From: Polymyxa betae A26-41
Lineage: Eukaryota; Protista; Endomyxa: Phytomyxea
Assembly: GCA_003693705.1 (NCBI GenBank)
Contig: RBZT01000721.1
Location: 62,001 to 126,000 of the forward strand
Length of the DNA stretch: 64,000 nt
Direction: 5' to 3'
The notes under the pieces were generated by a model, which saw only the letters and a program-made list of their open reading frames with translations, did not search any database and had not been told where the DNA came from. How positions within the stretch are numbered: the first letter of the stretch is position 1; every line of letters begins with the position of its first letter. Position numbers and translations under genes: made by a program. Positions 50,150 to 62,538 of the stretch are shown piece by piece.

Positions 50150-51091
50150 ATGCTGTCACGACGAATGTTCCCTCCTGAGCAGAAGTACCGGACCGTTGCG
50201 TCGCTTGTGACCTCTGAACCGCCCGCCAAACGCTTCCGTGCTGATTCTGCGGTCAAACGTGTTGCATCAGGTGTCGAGCAAGCTGTCGCAGTTAAGCAAG
50301 AGGTGGCGCCTGTTCAGCCAACGTTATTGCAAATCGGCTGTTCGTGTGTCGGCGCATGCGATGCGTTTCTATGCCCCTGCTCAGCTGCGTTGAGACAATG
50401 CAGCCCTCACACATGTAAATGCACGCAGGATTGCTGCCAGAATCCGCTGTCTTTGCTTGCAGCGAACGGCGTTCCATTGGACCGTTTAAGGAATCATCTT
50501 TGCCTTAACGACAACATCGTGTATCATCCCGAGCGTAAACCTCAACGTCAGCTGTACACTCGGATACAATTGCCCTGCTGCAAATCCGAGACCGCTTTGA
50601 TTCATGCTCTGGCTACCGATATACGATGCATGTGTGGCTCCTCCTGGAACTTCTCCTTCTGTCGACGTGCCCTCATCAATGAAAACAATCCGTCTTGCTT
50701 TCACTGTCCAAAGTGCAAGGTTTGCCAGAATATCGACGCGAAGCACTGCAACACTTGCGGTGTCTGTTCGAGCAATGCCAAGCCCTGCGCGTGTTTCAAA
50801 ATGCAATCGACGGCTTCGCTCAAGATGACAGGAACTGTTATAGATGAGAAATTTTCACCCATGGCATTGTTTGATGATGATGGAGAGCAATCGTTGGTGG
50901 TATCTCCAGCATTAGCAACTGACAGCCCAGCTTCGGTCTCTTCATTGTCTTCAATGACGCCTGTTGCTGCTAAAATGTCTGGAACCTCTTTTTCTGATCT
51001 GTCGCCTTTTTCGCAAGCCATGCTGGGGTTAGGCCGCAGTTCCGGTTTCTTTCAAGAGCTGCAAGGTCTTCTGAGCAATCTGTATTCATGA
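50150..51091 (+). CDS. Intronless cysteine-rich protein (CXC-like + CxxC/H zinc clusters)
   Basis: CSCVGACDAFLCPCSAALRQCSPHTCKCTQDCCQNP; HCPKCKVCQNIDAKHCNTCGVC; NLS-like PPAKRFR. Confidence 0.7.
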   Translation: MLSRRMFPPEQKYRTVASLVTSEPPAKRFRADSAVKRVASGVEQAVAVKQEVAPVQPTLLQIGCSCVGACDAFLCPCSAALRQCSPHTCKCTQDCCQNPLSLLAANGVPLDRLRNHLCLNDNIVYHPERKPQRQLYTRIQLPCCKSETALIHALATDIRCMCGSSWNFSFCRRALINENNPSCFHCPKCKVCQNIDAKHCNTCGVCSSNAKPCACFKMQSTASLKMTGTVIDEKFSPMALFDDDGEQSLVVSPALATDSPASVSSLSSMTPVAAKMSGTSFSDLSPFSQAMLGLGRSSGFFQELQGLLSNLYS

Positions 51092-51401
51092 TGTTCGCTG
51101 TCCTCCTGGAAGTTGCATGTACAATCATCACCTGTATACTGAATATGGTTTGCATTCTGGGGAAGTTTTGTTTGCAGAGAAAGACGTGTCTTCATCTTTG
51201 TCGCAATAGCATAATTAACGTATATAATATTAAAACATACAAATTCTTTAAAATCTATGACTTAATTTCGTCTCAGAATCAAAGTTAACTTGGGCTGCTT
51301 GCTGGCTTAGCTGATGTGATTTAATTCCTGAAATTGCGGATAAATTTCAGCATTACGCAATCCTTGTATCTTCGATAACCGAGTCGGTCTTCCTCGACGT
51401 C

Positions 51402-52205
51402 ATGTTCAAAAAGTAATCGTTCAACATCTTCCTGGTCGTCTTCTTCGCTGATAATCCGCATCTGCCAGGTTCACGCGGTCTGAGGATGTCGGGTCCTATT
51501 CTAAAATCAAATCGTCGGAGCAGAGGAAGATCAGGAAGTGTATCTCTGAGCATTACCCCGATGAGAACGAAAGTTTTGATATCGTGTTTAAGAAGAAGAG
51601 CCCCATGAATTTAGCAAAGTGGTATGAGACACCAGTCTTTTATCATTTTCTGAATTTGGCTCATTGTAAATATGTTAGCCATAATCATGTTCAATTGATT
51701 GCTTGCGAGAACAATCAAGTCTGGTTTTTCTCTTTTCGAAAATCGGAATACATTCCTACCCTTCGCACACTGCATAAATGTAGGCTAGACTATGCATCAA
51801 TCATTCAGGGAGTGACAAATTCTACCAGTTCCGAAAATGCTGCCCATCGTTCAAGTGGATCGTGGTGCCATCAAATTCATATTAGGCGGAGCGAATATCA
51901 TGTGTCCCGGTTTGACCTCAGCTGGAGGCAAAATGGAGACTCCATTGGAAGAAGGCTCCGTCTGCGTATGTAATCTGTATGCTTGGTTCACAGGTCTCAG
52001 AGATTGTCAGGCTGTTTATGCAGAAGGGAAAGAGCACGCATTAGCTATTGGACAGATGAGAATGTCCACCAATGCCATGTAAGATTTCGCTTCCAGCATT
52101 GATTTGATATTCAACGGTTGCCATAGTCGTTCAGAGAACAAAGGTATTGGAATCGAGGTTTTGCACCATCTGAACGATGGGCTTTGGGCCATGCCAACTC
52201 TTTAA
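51402..52205 (+). CDS. MCTS1: Translation machinery-associated PUA protein MCT-1/Tma20
   Basis: MFKK|[67 protein letters not shown]. Confidence 0.95.
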
Positions 52206-52313
52206 TATATAATTTGATAAAGATGTTTCTGCCTCTGGATATCCGGATGAAATCTTCGACGCGTGCCTATTGTTAAAATGCATTTCTGACCGATTCATTA
52301 CGCGACCCATCCG

Positions 52314-54818
52314 ATGGGAAAGTCTCAGAACAGCTCGATTCAAGTCGTCTGCCGATTTCGGCCTCAGAACGCGCTTGAAGATGAAATGCACACCGAAAAT
52401 GTCGTCGAAGTTTATGACAATAATGTCGCTAGTATCCAGAATCCAGGCCAGAAAGCGTATCGGTTCGACTTCGATTACGTTTTTGATGGAAATTCGCGGC
52501 AAGAAGATGTATTCGAGAAAACAGCAGCGCCAATGGTTGAAGAAATCATCCAAGGGTACAATTCCACAATATTTGCTTGTACGTTCATCGCACAGCATCT
52601 TTTCTGAGATGACAGAATGATCTATAGATGGGCAAACCGGTTCTGGGAAGACGTTCACTATGCAAGGAACTCCCGAAAATCAAGGCTTGATTCCTCGAAC
52701 TGTGCAGCGGCTATTCCAAGTGATAATGGCATCGCCCGATCAAATTGAATTCACAATCAGAGTCTCGTATATAGAAATTTACCTCGAGAAGGTCTGTGTA
52801 TTCGTTCTCAGACTTTCTTTTATGGTTGAGTAAGTTCTTCAGATTCGTGACTTGCTTGACTGCTCTCGAGAGAATCTTCGAATTCGAGAAGGCCCGACAG
52901 GAATGTGGGTGGAAGGCGCCACAGAAACCTACGTTTCTACTGCCAGCGAGCTTCTGAATATTATGAATTTGGGCATCGCCAATCGAGTGTTCTCGTCCAC
53001 CAGAATGAACTTGGAATCGTCACGAAGCCATGCCGTCTTCATGATCGCTGTCCAACAGTCGGACCGGGTGACCAAGTCGAAGAAGCACGCCAAACTGCTG
53101 CTGGTCGACCTTGCCGGCAGCGAGAAAGTCGAGAAGACCGAGGCCTGGGGCACCGCCCTGAAAGAAGCTCAGAACATCAACAAATCGTTATCAGCATTAG
53201 GCAATGTGATTAACGCTTTGACAACCAACAGCCCACACATCCCATACAGGTAACATTACTTTTGTTGCATCCAGAGGGCGGCCTCATGGGGCCATGGGGC
53301 ACCGCTGGGGCCACCAGTCTTAGCGCCGCGTCGCATGGGCTGATGCAACTATCGATTTCAAACAGGGCCTGACGCGTTCATAGGGACTCGAAGCTCACGA
53401 AGCTATTGACTGATAGTCTGGGTGGCAATTCGCTTTGCTGTTTGATCATCTGCTGCTCGCCCAGCCTGTACAATGTCGTTGAGACCATCACGACCTGTAG
53501 ATTCGGACAGCGTGCCAAACTCATTCAGAACAAGGCGAAGATCAACCAGGAGAAGTCGCTAGCCGAGTATAAGGCGCTTCTGGAGCAGGCTGAAAGAAAG
53601 ATCGCGCAGCAAGCTGAAATTATTGCTCGATTGGAAGCTCCATTGTCTGATATTCAGCTCTTGGATAACAACGAGCTGCTGGACGAGCAGGACGAGGAGG
53701 AAGCAAGAGATGGCTTTGGAGAGGAGCTTCCGAACACAAGAAGAGGAAGCAGGACCGTCAATCATCGCATTTCGGTGGCTGCAGGATCGGCTCTGAACGA
53801 GATGCAGGAGAAGATCCTCAATTTAGAAAAAGAGCTGCATTTAGCTCAAGACGAAACTGAAGGGCTTCGTGATCAGCTCTCAGAAAAACAAAGTGAAATT
53901 GAGATCTTGCACGAATCCCTAAACACAGTTGAAGGACAGCTTCAAGAATATAAAACCAAGGCAGACGAATCGGAGTGGCAAAGAAAGCACAGCCTTGACG
54001 AAGTTGCTATTTTACAAGCACAAACGCTTAAAGTGAATCTCGAGTTGGAGCAGCAAAGATTAAGGGCAGAACAAGCAGAGGTTGAAGCGCAACGATACTA
54101 TGATGAGAATAGGACTAGATTGGAAGGATTAGGGACCTGGACGAAACAATTTGAACCGAAGCCAACCGTGGACGAAACATTATCGCCTGCAAAGCAAATC
54201 CATGTTATCACGAAGCAATATGTTGGGCTATTTCATGAGTTAGTCGACAAAGTGGAGAAAATTTTAGAGCTTCAAGAAGCAAATTCTGATTTACAAGAGG
54301 AAGTGAAAGCGTATCGGAAATTCTTGGAGAAAGGCAGCATTGACGATGAGACCAGACGTCTATTTTCAAAGCGGGCCTTCGCTGAGAAGCAAGCGGCGAA
54401 GTTATCGGTTGAAAACGTTCAATTGAGACGAATCGAAGAAGAGCAGGCTAAACTACTGGATTCCTGGAAATCAAGAATATCGGACCTAGAGACAGGAGTA
54501 GATACCATGATAACATTGGGAAGGAGACGACAGGATCAGACCGAACTTACGATCTTGGATTTAAAGCAAGAAATCGATGCATACAGGGCCGAGCTGCAAC
54601 GCAGACGAGATACTGTCTCAGCCGTCATCCCACACATTCATAAGCCAATCGTGGGCGGAATGAAAACAGAACTAGTCCATAGCGAAGACGATAAATTGAG
54701 CCATGAAGATCAGGCGAATCTGGCTGAAGTCAAATTATCGATTCATGCTGAAGAGACGAAATCCAGCCATGAGGATGTCACGGACGATCCTTTCTTAATA
54801 GAAGATCTCGAGGACTGA
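52314..54818 (+). CDS. Kinesin heavy chain (kinesin-1-like) with coiled-coil stalk
   Basis: IQVVCRFRP, GYNSTIFA|YGQTGSGKT, SSRSHAVF, LVDLAGSE, NINKSLSALGNVI, HIPYR|DSKLT, SLGGNS. Confidence 0.95.
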
Positions 54819-54849
54819 TATAAATCGCAGCGATAATGTGTGCAATTTG

Positions 54850-56434
54850 CTAGAAATATATTCTGATACTACCAGCGATCGACATCTCTTGAAATTCGAA
54901 CCCAGACTGGCGCGCATAGTCCATCACCGCTGGTCGTACCTTTCCGTAGCCCGAATAGGAATGCCGGCCCACGCCTGTGATCACATCCAACCAACGACTT
55001 TGCCGACTCTGGCCTTGTCTCCGTCCGAATTCTGAGCACAGTCGAGACAGCTCTTTGTGAACTCGATCCAGGGCTTCGTCAGGATGTAAACCATGAACAT
55101 CGATGACATGACCTGACAATTGTCAACACAAACTCGGGAACGGATTGTTCAGCAACCTTGACGTTTCGGCGCTTTCAAATGACGATTTCTAGATTCAAAT
55201 ATCTGACCAGACGCCTCCTGGTGAAGCTGTTCCATCAAATTGTGATGATAACGACCTTTTCGTGACATTTCTTTCGCCAGCGCCCCATCACCTACAGAAA
55301 GCGTCACTCTCGAGCCATGTCGTATCTGTTTAGCACAAAGACCTCTCATGAAGGCTGCGGTTGCCGCAGTAAAGTAGGCATTCCGCTGCCTGGCATGTTC
55401 CATAGCAGCGTCACGCTGCTCCATGTACACATTGTTGATAGAGGCACCGGTTGAAACAATAGGTGTGGACGTTGGCAACGGATTCTACAACCACGTTAGA
55501 ACCGGCCGTCCTGATCCAAAAACTATTATTACAGCAACAGGGCGAGACGGCGTGCGTAGGGGTGGAGCCTTCAGAGGAGCTGCTTTTGGTTCAGACGCCT
55601 CGTTCGACGGCGGGCCGAAACGTGCCCGAAGGATCCCTTCCGTAACCGACGCCAGATTCTTGCCAGCCGTCCTAAAACGTTTTTAAGGCCAGAATTTGTA
55701 AAAGCTGTATTGGAAACCTAAAGCATTCCTCGACAACGTTCGCGTTAACATGCGACCATTGCCTTTGTAGGGATTCCAGTTTCATCTTGGCAACTAGATC
55801 AAAAGGTGCTGGTTGAGAGGGCCCGATCGGGGTTGGCAGCGTCTGCACTGGCTTTCTGTCTAGACAGACGGGGGATGATGGTTTGTTGGCCGTGCTGGTG
55901 ACCCGATCGAGTTCGTGAAGAAAGTTGCAGTCCGATCCACGAGCGCAATGACCTTTCAGCCAGAACGAGCAAATGGCGCTGCGATCGGTACGAGAATGCA
56001 AAAACTGGCAGTTTGCGATCAAGCAATGGCCGTTAAGGAAATATTTGCAGACGGGTTTCGAGGCAGGTTTCTGCTCGGGCTTTGGCGTTTGATCGGTATC
56101 AGAATCTGTCTCTCCAAGTGATAACAGCCTCTCCACACACACCATAAGATCGCTATTATGAGCGATTAGGAAGGATTCCAAGCTGGTCATTCGAATCAGG
56201 CCGAATTCAACAAAGCACGATAAAGCACCTTGCTCGGCTGAATTCAGGGAAGATATTGGCGAGCATTGAGACCATATCAGCATGGGCTGGAGCTGCAGCA
56301 GGCGTCTGGGCGCTCAATTCGGCGGTTTGCTGCTGCCAGAAGCAACCATCGTCGCTATCGCTGCCACCGCCATCATCCAGTTGCGCCGAAGTCTGCCACG
56401 ACGGGCAGAAATCCTTCGCGTCCGGATTCATCAT
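54850..56434 (-). CDS. PAM2-CUE-2xCCCH-DUF1771-Smr domain protein
   Basis: MNPDAKDFCP (PAM2); MLANIFPEF..LLSL (CUE); CKYFLNGHC..CQFLH and CSFWLKGHC..CNFLH; RNAYFTAATAAF..GDGALAKEMS; IDVHGLHPDEA..VITGVGRHS. Confidence 0.9.
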
Positions 56435-56747
56435 GATCGGCGTCAGCGAAAGCAGTGACCGGGATCCGGGTCTTGTCTATTGAAGTGGATATCTCAGCGC
56501 AAATTTCAGTCACGGTTGGTTCATGCGGGACCCGGACGCTTCACACTGTCCAATCACAGATACAATCTTGTATCAACTTTACAGTTTTCTATCTCGTCTT
56601 TGCTGCTCTGATAGATACGCACTGAAGCAGCGTCCTAAATCTTTCAAACTAAATAGGTCTTTCCCTTATTCGGATTGTTGATAGAAGGCATAAACACGGC
56701 GACGGAGTTCGCAATTTCTGTGAAGCTAAACTTCGTCATATCGCTCG

Positions 56748-57684
56748 ATGTCTGGCCGCAGCTATCTTGGTACGAAATCGTATCATCCAGCGCGGCAGAA
56801 GAACCAGGCCAAAGTCTGGCAGGCCGAGCAAGCCCTCCAGCTGAGTTCGCAACACGAGGCCGAACGTCGGTCTGCGCTGGAAAAAGAGCGGCGTGCTCTG
56901 GAATCCGCCTCGAATGATGCTGAGCTGACTCGCGAAAGCGTCTCTTTTCTATATCGTGCTCCACCGGGGTCGTATAATTCAGTTTTATTATTTTTAATTT
57001 CATTTATTATTGTTTATTTAGGTATTTTCGGGATAAAGAAGCGGAAGAGAGGGCCGATCAGCAGCGAAAAATGAAAGACCCGTCACTACTGACTCTGAAA
57101 GACAAATTTCCAGAGATTAGTGAGTCCTCATTCTGTCAGCTCAATGGCCTATTCGAAACCGATCATTAGAAAATGCACCAATGGTGTCTGACGTGGCCAA
57201 ATCTATGGACCTTCGCGTTAACATGCTGGGAAAGGTTCTTCGAAATGTTCAATGCACGAAATGCCAAGTTTGGGGGCATAAATCCGGCGATCGAGATTGC
57301 CCTCTGAAGGACGTCCTGCTTCCAGCCGATATCGAACGTCGCGATCGTGAAGATCCGATCCGCGCTTTTCAGACGGCGACTTTGAAGAACGATTCGGCGA
57401 GCGGCCTCGTGCTAAAAGAAGAGATTGTGATTCGCGGCGGCGGCGATGCCAGCTGCCAAAATCAGCAGCTGCTGGCGCCGGGCTCTGATGAGGACGACGT
57501 CCACAAGGATGACGACTCCGACCCGGAGATGTCGTTTCTGAGGCAGCTGACGCCCGAGCAGAGGGCAGCGCTGCTGAAGAAACTGACTAAAGATAAGAAG
57601 CGGAAACGGAAGAGGCACAGGTCGTCGTCGGCTTCTAAGCACAAACGAAGGCGATCGAATACCCCAGAGAAGGACTCTCGCTGA
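56748..57684 (+). CDS. CIR1: CIR1/CBF1-interacting corepressor-like splicing factor
   Basis: YLGTKSYHPARQKNQAKVWQAEQ (Cir_N), VSFLYRAPPG, VLRNVQCTKCQVWGHKSGDRDCPL, K/R/S-rich tail. Confidence 0.8.
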
Positions 57685-58078
57685 ACTTCATTTGGTGTCA
57701 GTATCCGAATCTTCTGTATTTATTCAGCCTATTATGTTTATATTTGAGCACTCCGAGGATAGTCTGCGATCTTGTATTGTTTGTTTAGAATAATTTGATA
57801 AGAAAAGCTTCCTCTTCTATATTCAGAAACCATAAAGCATACTCGCTTCAAGTATCATACTTGCTGAGGCAACAATCGAGTCGTCGGTATTTCTCTGTAT
57901 GGAGGCTCGTCTCTACCTATGAAGTTTTTAGTTCGAGGTTTCGTGTAACATTACAATCTGCATTGATGCGCTCTACGGACCCCATTGAGTTCTGTTACAT
58001 GGTCGTGAGCGGAGCCTTGTTAAGGACAATCACATTCCATTGTCTCATTGTTAATCTGGGCTTGACAAAGTCGTCATC

Positions 58079-60691
58079 ATGATGGAGAGCGGCGCGACAG
58101 CGCGTCCTCGCAAGGACACCGTCAAAAACAAGGCGGCGGCCCCGGTCCAGATCACGGCCGAGCAGATCCTTCGCGAGGCAATGGAACGCCAGGACGTGCA
58201 GCTTAAGGCGCCCGAACAGAAAATCACCGATGTTGATGAGCTGCTGCATTATCGTATTCGTAAACGAAAAGAATTCGAAGACGTTCTTCGCCGACAACGT
58301 CACAATATCGGCGTCTGGGTGAGATATGCGACTTGGGAGGCGTCGCAGCTCGAGTTCGAGCGCGCCCGATCTGTGTTCGAACGCGCTCTGGACGTCGATT
58401 ACAGGAACGCCAGCCTGTGGCTGAAATATGCCGAGATGGAGATGAAGAATCGCTTCGTTAATCATGCTCGGAATATCTGGGACCGGGCCGTCACATTGAT
58501 GCCTCGAGTCGATCAATTCTGGTTTAAATACACCCATATGGAAGAGGTATGGCTGCTATATTCCTGTATTGTTTTCTTCTTTCCACATTTTGTTTCGAAA
58601 CGTGTTTTTGCTTATTTGTTGTGTTCAAGATTCACTTAACAAGTTGAAGACATTTTGGTAAAGATTAAAACTTTCTTGTTTTCTTGTTTCTTCATGCTGC
58701 TTTTCTCAACGTTTTTTATGCTGTTATTGCTGTCTTGAATCTTATTGATAGCTGTTTGTAATCAGATGTTGGGTAATATCGCCAATGCACGAATAATCTT
58801 CGAGCGATGGATGGCATGGGCGCCCGCCAAGAATGCCTGGTCGTCATATATCCATATGGAGATGCGTCATCGTCGTGATGACGATAAGATACTGGAACGT
58901 TGTCGGGACATCTACGAACGATTCATCGTCTGTCATCCGATTATCGAGTCGTATCTATCGTATGCGAAATTCGAAGATAAACATGGCGATCGTCATCTGG
59001 CGAGGGCAGTCTTTGAGGTAATTTTTTGGGTTGGTCATGGGCTGGTGCGGCTGATAACGCTGTTTACTTTCAGCGATGTTCGAACGATCTCGGCGACGAC
59101 TGTTTAACGGAAGAGTTTATTTTGGCTTTCACAAATTTCGAGCTGTCGTTGCATGAAATCGAACGCACTCGCGCCATCTACAAATACGCTTTGGAGCGTT
59201 TGCCCAAATCGCAGGCGCACGAAATCTATCAGAAATTTACGAATTTCGAGAAGCAATATGGAAATTGCGAGGGTACTTTTTCATTCGATTTCTGTTTCGG
59301 GCACTTTGTGATTTGAGGAAAGGTATCGAAGACGTGATCATCAGTAAACGACGCTCGCAATACGAGAACGAAGTCGCTGAAAACCCGCATAATTATGACA
59401 GCTGGTTTGATTATATCAAGCTCGAGCTGGCCCAGGAGAACCCTGACCGTATAAGAGAGGTGTTCGAGCGTGCTATTGGTAACGTGCCTTTGATTAAAGA
59501 GAAACAGTAAGCTGGGTTGTAATGCGGCTCTTAATGCGGTTAATGTTTGTTTTTTAGGTATTGGGGTAGATATATCTATTTATTCATTCAGTATGCGATT
59601 TTCGAAGAACTTAAAGCTGAAGATCTGGAAAGGGCCGAGCTCGTTTATCAAGCGGCCCTCCAAGTCGTCCCTCACAAAAAGTGATTCGCCGTTTGGTTTG
59701 TTTGCACAGAATGTTTCAATGTTTGCAATAGGTTCACATTCGCCAAGATCTGGATTCTGTTTGCAGAATTTCTGATCAGACAGCTGAAATTGAAGGAGGC
59801 GAGATCGGTGCTTGGGCAGGCGCTGGGTCGATGTTCTAAAGAGAAGCTGTATAAATATTACATTGAACTGGAAATGCAGCTCGGAGACGTCGATAGATGT
59901 CGTGTTCTCTACGAGAAATATTTACTGTAAATTTTATTTTGAAAAATGTTATTAACAATCTAATTGATGGCTTGTAGAGCTTATCCCGAGAACTGCCATG
60001 CTTGGTCGAAATTCGCTCAGCTGGAGAAGACTCTACAAGAATTCGGTATGGTTCAATCGTAGATAGATAATCATGTTATTCTGATCTGGCGGTCTTTAGA
60101 TCGTGCCAGGGCGATCTTTGAACTGGCTATGGCACAACCTGTTCTGGATATGCCCGAATTACTGTGGAAGGCGTATATCGATTTCGAAGTCGGACAGAAA
60201 CTGTACGATCGCGCTCGCGATCTGTATGAACGACTGTTACAGAAGACCAAACATGTCAAAGTAAAGTTTATTTCGAGTATCACAGACTTTTTTATAAGAG
60301 ACTCTACCAGGTCTGGATCAGTAATGCTCAGTTCGAAGCGTCTATTAGAGAAGTGGAGAACGCCCGAAGCGTTTTTGAGAGAGGCAACCAGTATCTGAAG
60401 CAGAGCGGCACCAGCGATGAACGTGTTCAGCTGCTGGAGGCATGGCGCGATTTCGAGCGGCATTATGGCGATGCAGCCGCCCAAAAGAAGGTGGACGATT
60501 TGATGCCTCGGCGTCTGAAGAAGCGACAATTAATGATGAACGACGACGGGACCGATGCCGGCTGGGAAGAATACTACGATTATGAATTCCCCGATGATAA
60601 GAAGGGCGCCGCTAATATCGCCTTGCTGGAGCGTGCTCGTCAATGGAAAAAGCAGAAAATGGTTGAATCAACGGGCAACACACAACCATGA
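58079..60691 (+). CDS. CRNKL1: Crooked neck / Clf1 HAT-repeat splicing factor
   Basis: [63 protein letters not shown]. Confidence 0.96.
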
Positions 60692-61248
60692 TAAATCTAA
60701 ACTAATTGTCGAACATTCTGACAACGTGCTTCCAGTAGACTGTTATTGTGAATCTCATTTCCGAGTAAATAGCGATTTTGTGATCAATCGCCTGCCCTTC
60801 CACTCTGCCGTACCTCTCTAGAATGTCAGTCCAACCCGCAAAAAAGCAGAAAGTTTCGGCTTCGGTCATGTCAACGAGACTGTGCAGCGTCTTCAAGGAA
60901 GGCAGGCCTCATTGAGACAGCAATCTCTGGAAACTGAAGGACGTATCGATCGGATGAAAATATGGCGTTTGCTGAGGTCACTGAAAACGCCGAAACTGTT
61001 GACGATCGGACGATGTCATTTGCGATACTGCGATAATTTCGGAATTTATTGCATTGATGCTTGAAACCCTCTTAAAAGGGATTCTGTTGGATCAAGAGCT
61101 CTTCGTTGATCTCCGGAGCAGAACATCTGGACAAGCTATTAGCAGCTGTCGCAAAAATGCTCAGTACTTCAACACTACAGAAGAAAGTTCTAATCAGCAC
61201 CAGATACTAGAGAGAATACTCAGAGACATCAGATACACTAACAGACTC

Positions 61249-61329
61249 AAGAGACCCTATCCAGATAAGAGACACTATCGATGTAAGAGACGATAACAGA
61301 TGCAAAGAGACGCTATCGGGTGCAAGAGG
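61249..61329 (+). repeat. Degenerate minisatellite, about 4.3 copies of an 18-20 bp unit AAGAGAC-N-CTATC-GATGC
   Basis: aagagaccctatccagat / aagagacactatcgatgt / aagagacgataacagatgca / aagagacgctatcgggtgc / aagagg. Confidence 0.75.
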
Positions 61330-62269
61330 AAAAGGTATCTCTATCTCATCTCTGCAGATTTACCGCTCTACACTGAGAAGAGACAGTAGACAAGACCAAC
61401 AGTCAGATCTAACTGTCAGGACCAACTATCAGATTTAACTTTACTTCATCCGTAGAGATCTGTAAGGTGGACTACAGAGGATCAGGAGATCTATACCTGA
61501 TCTAAGAGACTTTATCTCTGATCTATTTCTCACCTAAGATACTCTATTCTGATTTGAGTGAAGTTAGTTGTCTGTAGGGGTGCGGAGATGAGGGATTTTG
61601 TTGCCTCGTCTGTGGCCGACTTTAGCCTAAGGTCCGGAGAATGTTTCTGGTTGGCTGTCTTCTCAGCAACTGCCATTGGCCATTGGTGTTACAGCCTCGG
61701 GGCAACCAGATATCGATGTTTTTTGGCCTAGCTCCTCCTACTCTAACCGAATACTTAGGAATGATTTGACTGGGAGAAGAATGCAAAATGTGTATTGAAT
61801 AGATATCGTCGATAAGGGAAAGGAAATTACATTTTCTCAATAAATTTACCCATCACTTTTGTCAATCTTCAGGACTGAGTCACAGTGCTCAGGAGATCCG
61901 GGGGCCGCGCCTCCCCCAGTGCTCCCAACATTTTTTGAAAAAACCACTTATCTTATTTCACAGAGAGTTAAGTTGTTCGTTGGTCGAGGTTCGAGGTTTG
62001 ATTTCACACAGACAGGATGGTGTCAAAACCGAACGACAATCAGATAAGGTTAGACGGGAGCGCAAGGACTGGGACTATAACAGGAGTAGGGTTTGGGACA
62101 GGAACAAGGGGAAGTCTTTCTTTATTAGCAGATTCCAGTCACACACTGGGTAAATAAACTATCGAGATGGGCTTCGTTTCCTCCTCTACTGTTACTGGGC
62201 CGCTCCATCGGGGCACCGAATCGTGCGTTCCAGTCTAACCTTATCTGATAGTCGTTCGGTTCTTGACAG

Positions 62270-62538
62270 ATGGCGGCAATGCAATGCAACATTTGCGACA
62301 AAGTGTTTTCTCGCTCGCATAATCTCAAACGTCACATTTCTCAACAGCATCAAAGAGATGCTGAGCAACCAAACATTCTATGCCCTTTTTGTGATAGAAT
62401 CTATACAGATCAGCGTACGCTAGACGGCCATATTGCAGAAAAGCAACTCTCAGGAACAACATGAACGTGATGAAGGCAACTTCCATTGTGAGGAATGTGA
62501 AGACCATGTATTCAAAAAAGCCGAAGACCTTTCCTAAA
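62270..62538 (+). pseudogene. Frameshifted multi-C2H2 zinc-finger gene fragment, probably transposon-derived
   Basis: CNICDKVFSRSHNLKRHISQQH and CPFCDRIYTDQRTLDGH, then FHCEECEDHVFKK in another frame followed by a stop. Confidence 0.65.

Noticed and set aside
61249-61329. CRISPR-like array
   Set aside because: Units are short and degenerate with no unique spacers, there are no cas genes, and the context is eukaryotic.
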